From assembly GCA_016618085.1 (NCBI GenBank), contig JABLTG010000170.1:1-41346 (forward strand): DNA of 41,346 nucleotides, read 5' to 3'. The stretch is from Neovahlkampfia damariscottae (taxonomy: Eukaryota). The notes under the pieces were generated by a model. The model worked only from the letters and a program-made list of their open reading frames with translations. It made no database searches and had not been told where the DNA came from. The translations under genes and the position numbers were made by a program. Shown one piece after another: positions 10,412 through 21,768 of the stretch (positions are counted from its first letter, which is position 1; the number at the start of each line of letters is the position of its first letter).

Positions 10412-12262
10412 CTATTCCTCTTCCTCTTCGTCATTCAAGAAACATTTGATATGACCATTTTCACATAATCTAATTTCATAAACATTTTTTTCGAAATCAA
10501 ATTGATTTAAATCAAGATTTGGTTCAATTCTTTTCAAAAAATCTAATGAAATTTCATACCCTTGTGATCTACAAAACCAATAAGAACAAGATTTTGAGTT
10601 TTCATCATTTGATGATTTGGTAATAAAAATCTGCTTCTTTAAAAATCCATTAATACATTTGTAGTTTTGACAAATCCAAAGTCTAATATTTTCATTTTCT
10701 GGATTGATTTCATTGAATTTGAATCCACAATCACATATGTGATCATTTTTTATCATTGTTGGTGATATTTTAGTTGGTGGATTTATTTGAAATGTGGATT
10801 CAACAATTTTGATATGTGAAATATTTACATTTAAACAATGAATTGATTTTTCAATGTTTTTAAAATTCTTTTCATATTTTTCATCTTTTTCAATATTGAA
10901 ACTATTTTCTTGTTCATTTGATCCTCCAAAAGTCATAATACTAATTGTTGGTTCAGATATATTGTTAAACTGACAAGATCTTATTTTTATATGATTTGTT
11001 GAATCAATCAATTTTTCATTCAGGCAATTGATCAAAATTAAACATGAATTATTTGATGTTTGATCTTTTTCTAATCTCATATGATTGAATAAACAGTTAT
11101 CTAATATTAAATGAGCTCCAAGTGGTAATAAATGAACAAATCCTCTTAAAGAATCATGTATAAATGAATGTTGAACAATTAGTTGTGAATTTGGGCTCAT
11201 TGAAAATTCAAATGAATTTTCCATCGAAATATCACAATAATTAAATTCAACTGAAGAAAAATCTTTTAAATTCATAAAATTTGTTGAAATTGATAAATTA
11301 TTTCCATCAGAATGGAGTGCAATATTAATAAACTTCACTTGTGCCAAATGAATTGAAAGTGAAGTTACTTTTATAATTACATCTAAAGGATTTGCACAAT
11401 TACCAATAAATTCAATTGATTTCAAAATTGGAAAATCAATTGAATAAGTACTAGGTGATAATAAAATTACATCAAAATCTGAACTTTTTGTGTAAGCATC
11501 ATAAATAGATGAGTGAAATGAAATGGTTGAAAACATATCTTTTTGTTCAGGTGATAAATTAAAACTGTTAGTGGAAACAACATGAATCGAACAGTTTTCT
11601 CTTCTTTGTGAATATATTGATGATGGAGGTAAATATTCAAAAAAAGTGTTTCTTTCTTTATCTATTTCTTTTGGTGAATTCAAATCTTCAATTTTTTTAT
11701 GCAGGTTCCGGATATTGGTTGAAATGGATTCTAAGAGATCTTTTGGAAGTGATTCTTCCAATCTTGTTTGTAATTTTTGCTTTGTTCCTTTGGTTTTTAA
11801 TCTTCTTTTCAAAAGTTCTTCTTGTAAATCTTCAAATGAAAATTTTGTTTGCCATTCGTTCCATTTTTCGAATTCTTTTTCTTGTATTTTAATGATTTTA
11901 CGTATTTTTGCAATATTTATCTCTCTTCTTTTTGATTCAATTCGATTTTGTAGTTGTACATTTTGTGTTTTAATTACATTTTTATAAAGTTGAATTCTTG
12001 TGGTTAATATTGAAAGAAACCAATCTGAACAAACAAATGAAGCCATATCTTTATCTTGTTTTGTTGAGTATTCAAAAATTAAATTCAAAATTTCAGGTGG
12101 AAGAGAGAAGTGTTTTGAATTTTTCGTTTTCCATAAAATTTGATGATATAATAGTTCAGAAGTAGTTTTGTTTATAGTTCTATCAAAATCTTCAAATTTA
12201 AAATCAACAATTGGTTTTTTGTATCCAACAGTTGTCTTCTCAAGTAATTTTCGTTTTTTCAT
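10412..12262 (-). CDS. F-box + SAP domain protein with probable right-handed beta-helix C-terminal region
   Basis: F-box: [12 protein letters not shown]...[52 protein letters not shown] and the repeated I.NC.F/SC.F patterns suggest a beta-helix. Confidence 0.7.
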   Translation of the reverse strand: MKKRKLLEKTTVGYKKPIVDFKFEDFDRTINKTTSELLYHQILWKTKNSKHFSLPPEILNLIFEYSTKQDKDMASFVCSDWFLSILTTRIQLYKNVIKTQNVQLQNRIESKRREINIAKIRKIIKIQEKEFEKWNEWQTKFSFEDLQEELLKRRLKTKGTKQKLQTRLEESLPKDLLESISTNIRNLHKKIEDLNSPKEIDKERNTFFEYLPPSSIYSQRRENCSIHVVSTNSFNLSPEQKDMFSTISFHSSIYDAYTKSSDFDVILLSPSTYSIDFPILKSIEFIGNCANPLDVIIKVTSLSIHLAQVKFINIALHSDGNNLSISTNFMNLKDFSSVEFNYCDISMENSFEFSMSPNSQLIVQHSFIHDSLRGFVHLLPLGAHLILDNCLFNHMRLEKDQTSNNSCLILINCLNEKLIDSTNHIKIRSCQFNNISEPTISIMTFGGSNEQENSFNIEKDEKYEKNFKNIEKSIHCLNVNISHIKIVESTFQINPPTKISPTMIKNDHICDCGFKFNEINPENENIRLWICQNYKCINGFLKKQIFITKSSNDENSKSCSYWFCRSQGYEISLDFLKRIEPNLDLNQFDFEKNVYEIRLCENGHIKCFLNDEEEEE

Positions 12263-12310
12263 CTACAACCAATCAAAACAATTGAACCAAACAATATTAA
12301 CGGCCGGTGT

Positions 12311-13054
12311 ATGGGTATTTCATTTTTTGGTAAAATATGGTCTTCTCTTTTTGGTGATAAAGAAATAAAGATAGTCATTGTAGGATTAGATAATGCTGGT
12401 AAAACAACCACTTTGTATCAATTCCAACAAGGGTTTTCAAAAAAATTAAAAAAACTAAAAAAACAAATAGAGAAGTATTTGTAACTACACCAACATTGGG
12501 TTCAAATGGTAAAAAAAACTATATTTTTGTCCTAAAATTATTGAACAGTTGAAGAAGTTACATAGTAAACAAAAAAAATAAACTAACAAAAAGTAAAAAT
12601 ATTAAATTCCAAATGTAAGTGTCTAATGTCAATTTAACACATTTTCAGGTGGGATTTAGGTGGTCAAGATTCTTTAAGAGAAAGTTGGGATCATTATTAT
12701 CAAGGTACTCAAGCCATAATTTTTGTCATAGATTCAACGGATAAGAAAAGGTAAAAAAAAATAAAAAAAATAAAACAAAGAATGCCAATTGTAAAAAAAG
12801 AATTGATGAACATGTTGAACAATGAAGATTTGAAAAATGTTAAACTGTTAATTTATGCAAATAAACAAGATTTGAAAGATGCAACAATGGCTTCGGAAAT
12901 ATCTGATTCTTTGAACTTACATAAAATTAAAAGGTAAAGTTTATATTCATTTTAATGATATAGTCATGAATGGCATATGCAAAGTTGTTGTGCTTTAAGT
13001 GGAAGTGGTTTGAATGATGGTTTGGAATGGTTGGCAACCAAATTAAAAGAATAA
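12311..13054 (+). CDS. ARL5: ARL5-like GTPase, six introns (12433-12470, 12509-12548, 12565-12593, 12615-12648, 12751-12780, 12934-12963); missed by the ORF track
   Basis: Spliced product: [63 protein letters not shown]. Confidence 0.9.
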
Positions 13055-13202
13055 ACACTCAGTTTGTGTTGAGAATTCAATGTTATTCAGATTATATCTT
13101 ATATGAACTTCTTTGTCAAATTGAAATTTAACCAACAACTTTGTTGATAAAAGATATCAAAAAGTAACAATTTTGAATGATAAATTTTGAACTTTTTTAT
13201 TT

Positions 13203-14280
13203 CTAAAAATCATAAAATGAACTACTTTTGACCAGTGATTCAACAACAAGTCCATTTAAAAAATCTAAAATTCCATTTTTCAATCTTTCATCTTTTTCAT
13301 CATCAATCATAATGAAAACACATTTCAATTTTGGTGAAATCAATTTTTTAAAGAACTTTCTTTTTTCTGAAAAATAAGTTTTTACATCTTTCTGTTTAAT
13401 GGTTTGTTTGTTTTTCTTCAATGAAAATTCTGTTTGGAATTTTTCAATATTTGAAAATAGCAATAAAACATCAATTGATAAATAAGCGGTTAATGATTTA
13501 AAATGGTCAATTAACTTCTTAGTTTCTATTTCATCCAAAAATATCATTGAATCCATTGTATATATTAAAAATCTTGTTTTTCCCTCTTGTTTGGTGTATA
13601 AACTCAATGCGGTCTGAATTTCGTTTAAATTATCTCTTTTATGTATATCTAATATGCTGAAAAAATGTTTTTCTGATAATGGTATTTCGTTTATTTGTGT
13701 TTCTTCGTTAGTTGATTTTAAAATATCCTTGGAGATTGGAACAAAATCTACATCTAAGATTCTGTCAATATTCTCCATATAACTAATATATAAGTAAAAA
13801 AAATAATGAATATCCTTACTATTCAAGTGAATTCAAAATAAATTCTTTTTTTTTCAAAACGTTTTGAAATTCTTCAAAGTTATAGACTTCTTTGATTTTT
13901 TTTACATCAAAACCAGTTAGTATTTCTGTTTCTTGTATTAATTCCATTGTTTTTTCTATTTCTATGGTTATTTTTTCGAATTCTATTTTTTTATAAATTC
14001 CTGTCAAACAGAATTTTACATTTTTAAGAATTTGTTCTCGAAAAGAAAGTAATTCATTTTTTGTGAAATTATCAAAATGTTGTTCCTTTAATGATGTGAT
14101 AATTTGATCGATTTTTGTTGTGTTATAACCAGTAATTAAGGCAGAACTTGGGTTTGATGGATTCATTTTGTCTTTTTTGATTTTCATGTCCATCTTTACT
14201 TTTTCATCAGTTTCTAAATCATTATATCTCGGCTTTAGTACATTTTGAACCATGTTTACAAGAGAAAATTTTCTTCTCAT
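13203..14280 (-). CDS. Degenerate heterotrimeric G-alpha-like protein; intron 13783-13819
   Basis: Helical-domain patterns FTKNELLSFREQILKNV and YMENIDRILDVDFVPISKDIL match G-alpha. The G1, G3 and G4 motifs are not conserved. Confidence 0.6.
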
Positions 14281-14480
14281 GACAAACTGAAGTATGTTAA
14301 GTCTTGAATCAACCAATGAAAAAAATGGAAGAAATAAAAAGAAGGGGGGGTGAAGAACTGATGGAACACCTTTCGAAAAAGTCACCCATAAGCCTTCTTA
14401 ATTTCTAATACCGTTGTTTGTTTATATTTTGATTCTCTTTTCATGTGAAAAAAATAATGGAAAATTGAAACTTCAATTTT

Positions 14481-15191
14481 TTATTTTGTTTCATTTTTCA
14501 AAATTAAATAAGTTTTACATGATGCAGGAAGTTGATCATAAAGTCCTTTCAATAATTTTTCATTTCCTGCAGATGATACAGTTGATCTAATGTAAAGTGG
14601 TTTTGATGATTTTCCATCAACGCTCAATGAAGCACCGAATAAAGGTTTAATTTCAGCACCTGCATCGAAAACACCTTTTAATGCAATGAATAAACGACAT
14701 GTTAATTGTAATTTTGGATCTGTTTTTTTCCATGCTTTCAAACCTGCTTCTAAAACACCTGCTTTTAATCCACCTCCAACAATAACAAAATTTTTATCAT
14801 TAAGCACACCACAGAGTTGATTTCCTCGATGGCATCCATCTTTACCAAGCATAGCTGCAACTTTACCGTCGCTTGTAGCAACAGCAAGTCTCCAATGAGT
14901 CCATCTTCTTGCATCACATTCTTCTTTGACTTTTGAAGCAACATCAGGAGCTGATAAACCAGCATCAATCCACTTCGTTACATTACTACACCCTCTTAAA
15001 GTGTATGCTTGTTCACCAGCCATTCCTTTTCCGATTACTTTATGTTGATACCAATGTCTTGGAAGTCTTGAATTAAATCCACTACTTGCTGCAGCTTGAC
15101 CCCATTCTTTAGTTTTTTTATCATAAGCAGTGAGATAAAAAGTTGAGAAAACACAATTAACCAACAACAAAAATCCAAGAATTTTCAACAT
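14481..15191 (-). CDS. Secreted DUF1028-like Ntn-hydrolase-fold protein
   Basis: Signal peptide MLKILGFLLLVNCVFS followed by TFYLTAYDKKTKEWGQAAAS, matching the DUF1028 N-terminal pattern TFSIVAxDxxTGxxGxAVAS. CCAATCA lies 7 nt from the ATG at 15191. Confidence 0.7.
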   Translation of the reverse strand: MLKILGFLLLVNCVFSTFYLTAYDKKTKEWGQAAASSGFNSRLPRHWYQHKVIGKGMAGEQAYTLRGCSNVTKWIDAGLSAPDVASKVKEECDARRWTHWRLAVATSDGKVAAMLGKDGCHRGNQLCGVLNDKNFVIVGGGLKAGVLEAGLKAWKKTDPKLQLTCRLFIALKGVFDAGAEIKPLFGASLSVDGKSSKPLYIRSTVSSAGNEKLLKGLYDQLPASCKTYLILKNETK

Positions 15192-15338
15192 GTTTGACCA
15201 ATCAAAAAGACAAGTCAACTTTCCAATATTCATCAATTTGCGAAACAAATTTGAAGATGACTTGTTTCCTAAATTTTGTTTCAAAAAACAATTCACAAAA
15301 TCAAAACTATTCTACCAATCAGCTCCCAAGAAAAAAAA

Positions 15339-16115
15339 ATGGAAAATAAAAAAAAATCAACCACAGAAAAAGTGAAAAAAAATAAATTAAAAATTTAAAG
15401 GTTGAAGAAGCACTGTTAACCATTGCAGGATACCCATCAACTCAATTTTATGATATAACAAAACTCCTATCAAGAATTATAACAAACATTAAAAAAGATC
15501 CAGAAGAAATGAAATTTAGGAAAATTGCAATTGCTAAAATATCAAATTCAGTGTGGGCATTCAAAGGTTCAAGATTATTTCTTTTCAATGTTGGTTTTAA
15601 AGAAGTTGAAAAACATATTGTATTAGAAAAAACAGGCAAAGAAATAAAAAAAATAGAATTCCATTTAGATTTTTTGAAAGTAAATTTATATCAAAATTTA
15701 ATTTTAAAAGGAAATTATTGAAAAAAAACAAGTCTTAGATAAACAACTTGAAATAAAACAAAAGATTAAATTAAAAAGTATGAAAAGAGTGAAAGAAAAC
15801 AAAAGAAAAATAGAAAATACAAACAATTGTTCTATAGAATTTAATTTAAAAGAAATTAAACCTCCACAGTTGACACTGGCCATTGATGAATATTTAAAGA
15901 GTAGAAAAGTGGAATTTGAAGAAGTTTTACTGGACTCAGGATCCTCAACTAAACATCCAGAAGAACAATTAATCAATTTTAATTTATCAAAATCAACAAA
16001 GTATAACTCAGGTACAAAACAAAAAAAAGTTTAAAATTTTCTGAAAGGAAAAATAATTGTTGAATGGAAGAATAATTCATGGAAAATTATACAATTATTG
16101 ACCCTAGAAAAATAG
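15339..16115 (+). CDS. PUB domain protein; introns 15372-15400, 15680-15710, ~16012-16047
   Basis: LLSRIITNIKKDPEEMKFRKI...GSRLFLFNVGF is a PUB pattern. Splicing joins the ORF fragments in frame. Confidence 0.75.
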
Positions 16116-16184
16116 AAAAAAAAATTTATTTCAATTCCTTTTCAGAGATTTTTTTGACCAATAAAAACCAAGTTTTGTTTCATA

Positions 16185-17926
16185 ATGGAAGAAAGCACCA
16201 AGAGAAAACGATACGATGACGATGATTCATACGAACAGAATTATCAAAAAAAGAATAAAAGAAGTTACTCAGATGACGAAGATTACCGAGTTTCACCTTC
16301 TCCTCCAAGAAAATTTTATACAAACGACTATAAAGAAAGATACGGAAGTTCTTTCAAAGATTTAGATGATGAATATAATGATATAGATTCAAAATATGAA
16401 GAATTCAAAAGGAGACAAAGAAGAGGAGAAACTTATCAGTCCTATGGTGACTTTAATGATCAAGAACCTTTAAGAGATACTTATAGTTATGATGGTAAAA
16501 AAAAAACAAGTCTTAAGTTTTTAGTGAGTTATGATAGAAGAAATGATTCAAATTTTAGAAGAGAATATTCACCACCATCTCAAGAGAATTATCAAAATTA
16601 TCAAAGAAGAGAATATTCTCCTCCTGATGAAAGAAGAGATTATTCACCACCACCACGTTATAGATATAATAATAGAAGAAATGATAATCGTAGATATAGT
16701 TATGATAACAACAGACGAAGAAATTATCAAAATAATAATTACAGAAAAAAACCAATTGTTCCAAAAGGAATATCTTCAAAAAGAATTTTGAATACAATGG
16801 ATTTGAGTTATTATCATCCAAAAGATGAATACAAAAAAGAAGATTTTGACATTTTAGAGAAGAATCCTCATTTACGTCAAACTATTGAATTAAAAATAAA
16901 TAAGAATGAATTTAATAAAAAATCAAGAATTTTACAAGATAATGCACCTGGTGAGGAATATAGAAGAAGAAAAGGAGAGGTTAAAACAGTTAATCATTGG
17001 GGTCAAAGAAAATTATTGTTTTCTGAAATAGAGTTTTTGACATTACACGCTGAAAATGACATAACTTGCATATATGCTGGAGCTGCTCCTGGTACTCACA
17101 TAAAATATCTTTCAAGTTTATTTCCTGAAGTCAAATTTGTATTAGTAGATCCATCACAATTTACTGTCAAAACTGATGATAAAATTAGTCTAATTGAAGG
17201 ATTTTTTACAGACAAACTCGCTGAAGGATATAAAGATGTTCCAAATTTATTTATAAGTGATATCAGAACAGCATCTTGGAAAACAGTAAAAAAAAAACAA
17301 AAAAACTAATTCTTTTCAAATAGATGTCTGAAGAAGATATTGAAAAACAAGTTCATTTAGATATGGAAGCTCAACAACGATGGGTTAAAATTTTGAACTC
17401 AAAAAGTGCAATGTTAAAATTCAGATTACCTTATTGTACCAAAGAAAGAGATATCAAGGAATATGAATATTTGAAAGGTGATATTTATTTACCAATTTGG
17501 GGTCCAGTCACAACAACAGAAACAAGACTTATAACAGATGGAAAAGAAATGAAAAAATATAACCCATCAGAATATGAAAAACAAATGTTTTATTTTAATA
17601 CAAAAACAAGAGTTGAATATTATGAACATGATATCAATGGTGAAGGTTTAGATCATTGTTATGATTGTAAAGCAGAAATTTATTGTTTAGAACAATATCT
17701 TAAAAAATATAAACCTGATGTAAAAGATATTAAAAAAGAGATTGAACAAATGAGTTATGAAATATCAAAGGAATTATCGGTCAGACGAAATTTGAATCAT
17801 TGTAGTGAACCTGTTGGAAATGATATGGATCCATCAAAAATTACATCCATTGAAATTCAAAGAGCTCAAGCTTTAACAAGTGTTAACACGATGACAGGTG
17901 AAAAAATGAAAGAAGAACAAAAATAA
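16185..17926 (+). CDS. VP39-like cap-specific mRNA (nucleoside-2'-O)-methyltransferase with Arg/Ser/Tyr-rich N-terminal extension; intron 17286-17323 and probable in-frame intron 16495-16524
   Basis: HWGQRKLLFSEIEFL, YAGAAPGTHI, LVDP, FFTD, LFISDIR, MLKFRLP and TTTETRL match the poxvirus VP39/kinetoplastid cap MTase family with its K-D-K-E tetrad. Confidence 0.88.
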
Positions 17927-17975
17927 ATTTAAAATTCATCTGAAATTTTCCACCAATCAATTTCTCTTAGTTTTC

Positions 17976-20081
17976 ATGAGTTATGAAAAACTCTTCTCTT
18001 CCTTGATCGGAGGATTGAACTCAAAACACCAAAAAAAAATTAGTTGGAGTGAAAGTGGTATAATAGCTATCTCCAATACAATTATTCAACAACAAAAAAT
18101 TTCGTAAAAAAAAAAAAAAAATAAAACAAAAGGTTTCCAATTTTTCTGATGGACCCAAATAAACCTCAAGAATATTCAATAATTGAATCAGATCATGATA
18201 GTGTAATCACACAACTTTCATTTTCACCTTTAATTATTTCAAATTTATTATTCTCTGTAGACATGGATGGTTTAGTTTGTTTTTGGAAAGTTTCAGATCA
18301 TTGTATCAACATGATGGAATGTTTTTCAAAACTACAAATTGGTATCTACAAAAAATTTTTTCTAAACATTTTTAAAGAAGGAATTATCTTTGGAAAATGG
18401 ATTCATGGAAGAAGTTCAAAACTATTAAAGACTATTGATGAAAAAATCAATTTATCAAATTTAAAGGATGTAAATTTCAAATTGAAAGATATACCTATGG
18501 GTACACCTGCATTTTTGTCTATTTCAAATTCAGGAACTATTCAACTTTTCATTTTTGATTTTTACGAAAATGATTGGAAGAATCGTACAATTGAAACATT
18601 TTTATTTATTGAAAATGTTGATATATCAATCAAGGAAAATGAAATATCTATCATTTGTAATGAGAAAAATTCTTTGTGTGTTCATGTTTTTGATTGGAAT
18701 TTAAGAGATTTAAATTTTTCAAAACATGAATTTTTTTATGTGAAAGAATTAACTAATTTTTTTGAAAATGATTTATCCATTAAACAAATTAAATTTATAA
18801 ATGAAATGGAGATTATTATTTCTACCAATATTCACATTGAAAAATGGCAAAAAAATGAAAAATGGAATTTTATTGCATCCAAAGTGAAAAGTGGAAAAAT
18901 AGAAATTTCAAAAGAAAAAATATTCTTCTTGGTCAAAGAGACATTTGAAATATTATCAAAAGACACATTAGAAGTAAACTATAAAGATAATATTCATGCA
19001 AACGAAGTGGCTATTTCTCCAAATGAAATTTGTTTTGCAACACTCAACTCCAAATTATCTTTGTACTACAAATCAGGTAAAAATCAAAAAAAATTAACAT
19101 TATAAGAATGCAAAATGAATGAAATTTCTAATCGAATAATGTGTGGGATGCTAAATTTCTATGATTTATGGGATCTAAGTTTAATGATAAAATTTTCAGA
19201 TTTTTCATTTGACGATTATCATCGAGAAACTGAAACATTGAAAGCATCAGGATGCACAAATACATCATTAGAAGAGAGATATATCTTTTTAGTATCCATT
19301 TTAAAAGGAAAATTAACAAAAATTCTTGAAAAAAATTCTTATTTATATGTTAAGAAAATCTATGATCTGATTCATCAAAATTTATCATTTATTTATGCAG
19401 AATTAAAAATAAACCCTGATAGAAAAATCAGTGAAAAAGAGAAAAATATTTGTTTAGAAATGATTCCTTCAATAGATTGGATTTTTACTTTCACTATTTT
19501 ATTTTTTAAATCAATGACATTTATGAATTCAACTGACAAAAATGAAAAAGAAAATGCATTTTTAGTCAAATTTTTGTTTAATATTCAAATTTTAAGAGCT
19601 CCAATTGAAATTTGTTTTGTGATTTTAAGCAAATTAGATACTAAAGTGTTGGCAAAATCAAACTTTAAAATTAAGGAATTTTCAGATATTAATCAAAGAA
19701 TCAATGGTGAAAAAAATATTCAATTTTTAAATTTTAGATTTGTTTCAAACTGTTCAAAAGGCATCAAAGAAGGAATTACGAAAGTCAGTGCAACCTCATT
19801 TTGTGAACAATTTCCTTGTTGATTATCCAATCACAATCAATAAATTAGTGACCAAATTGGATATTTTACCAAGTTTTGATGGTATTTTAGGGATGGAATG
19901 GGAAAATAAATATCCAGTTAAAACTAATGATATATTTACATCAACCAATTTATCAACGACACAACATCGAAAATGTAAGTTATGTGGAAGAATTTCAAAT
20001 GTTGAATTGAAATCTGTTTTTCAATCTTTTCAAAGCTCATGTTGGATTTGTGGATCATATTGGAAATTAGAAGTTTTTTAA
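17976..20081 (+). CDS. MED16: Mediator subunit MED16/Sin4-like; introns 18104-18132, ~18342-18377, 19077-19106, 19707-19737
   Basis: N-terminal WD-like region (ISWS..GIIA, DP..P..H..VITQLSFS, DMDGLVCFW) and C-terminal RKCKLCGRIS...SCWICGSYW zinc finger typical of MED16. Confidence 0.72.
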
Positions 20082-20144
20082 ATTTGCATTCAAATTGAAT
20101 TAAATAAAACCATTTTCATTGGTTAGAATTTTTCGACAAATCAA

Positions 20145-21763
20145 ATGTCTTTTTCATTCCAACCACAAAACAACGATTTATCATGGGGTCCTTCTGAAGC
20201 AAAGAACAAAATTCCAAGAGAAGATTACCCAGAAATAACTTTTTCACCATATTCCAATGAAGAATATATCGGAAGAAGTACAAAAATTAAAAAAAAAAAA
20301 GATTTAACATTTTTTAGTTGCTGATTGGACACAAACCAAACAAACAAAAACTTCATCATCAACAAACAAACAAGGTCTAAATTATGTTGAAGAAGATGAA
20401 AGTTCATTCAATTTAGTTTTCAGAAAATCACAAAGAAATTATAACATTCCAAAAAAGAAAATTAATTATGAAAATCAAACAAATCAAAAACAAGGACAAA
20501 AAAAAGTTTTGAAAGTAAAGAAATTGTTATATATTAAATCATTCAATAGTACAACAAAAACACAACAGCTCGTACAAAATTATCAAAAGCACGTTATTTA
20601 CCATCAACACAAGTAAAATCAGAATGGAAAGTATTAAACCAAATGACATTTCAACAATTATCAAAACTCAAAGCAAATTTACCAACTGTTAAAGATGTGT
20701 AAGAAAAAAAAAAAAAAAAAAAACTGAAACACTATTCTTTAGTAAACAAGTTGGAAGTATCAAACAATTTGATTCAAAATATGAAACGTTAACATTAAAG
20801 AATGCAATTCAAGTTGATTCAAGTTTACAAAAAAGTTTTCATAAAACAGCAACAACAAGTGAAGATTCAGAATTTTGTAAACAACAAGGTTATGATGTTT
20901 ATATTACTGATACTATTTTATCAAAAATTATGGCTTCAACAAAATCAGTTTATTCATGGGATATTGTTATTGAAAATAAAGATGGTGTTTTATATTTTGA
21001 TAGAAGAGAAGGATCAAAAGTTGATGATTATACAGTAGATGAAACATCAAAAGAATTACCAGAAGAAACAAGAACTTTATTATCAAAAGAAGCAGGATAT
21101 TTAAATCAAATTTGTATTCAAAATGTTGTTAAACATAAAAAAACATTGAATTTATCAAATTATGAAGAACAAGCTTCTTCAGAAGATGGTGAATTTACAG
21201 TTGGACATAAATATAGAAAATTTGCTTTAAATGATTTTTCAGTATTAGTTAGATGTAAAATTGATGGTTATTCAGTTAAACAAGATGATTCTATTCAATA
21301 CTTATCAATCAAAACATTCAATGAAAGAAATCCTGGTTTATATAAAGATGATTTTAGATCAACTTTAGATGTTAATCCAGGTTTTGTTTTAATTAATCAA
21401 CATAGATCAAATGCTTGTAAATCAACAAGATGGGCTATTGAAGCAATGCTATCAAATGTTGATGCGATTAAATTTTTATTTGCTTCAAGAAATCATGCTC
21501 AAAATTTGAAAAAACATCAAATTTTAGGACTTCAAACTTATAATCCAAGATCATATGCAACTCAAACTGGTTTATCAACTTCAAATATGTGGGGTATTTT
21601 TGAACATGTTGTTAAATCTGTTTTGACTGCTGGAAATGGAAAATACTTATTAATGAAAGAACCAATGCAACAATCAATCAAATTATTTTCAATTCCAATG
21701 GATGAATCCTTTGAAGATGTTTTATCAGATCAAGAAACAAAAGATTCAAATCAAAATGAATAA
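20145..21763 (+). CDS. EIF3D: Translation initiation factor eIF3 subunit d, multi-exon
   Basis: SWGP, ADWT, ITDTILSKIMASTKSVYSWDIVI..YFDRR, NMWGI and GKYLLMKEP. Confidence 0.92.
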
Positions 21764-21768
21764 AAAAT

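Noticed and set aside
11608..11987. Antisense/alternative-frame ORFs here and elsewhere (e.g. 16531-16821, 31466-31717, 33671-33949, 37312-37945)
   Set aside because: Shadow ORFs of well-supported genes, with F/L/I-rich composition expected from the antisense of A-rich coding DNA.
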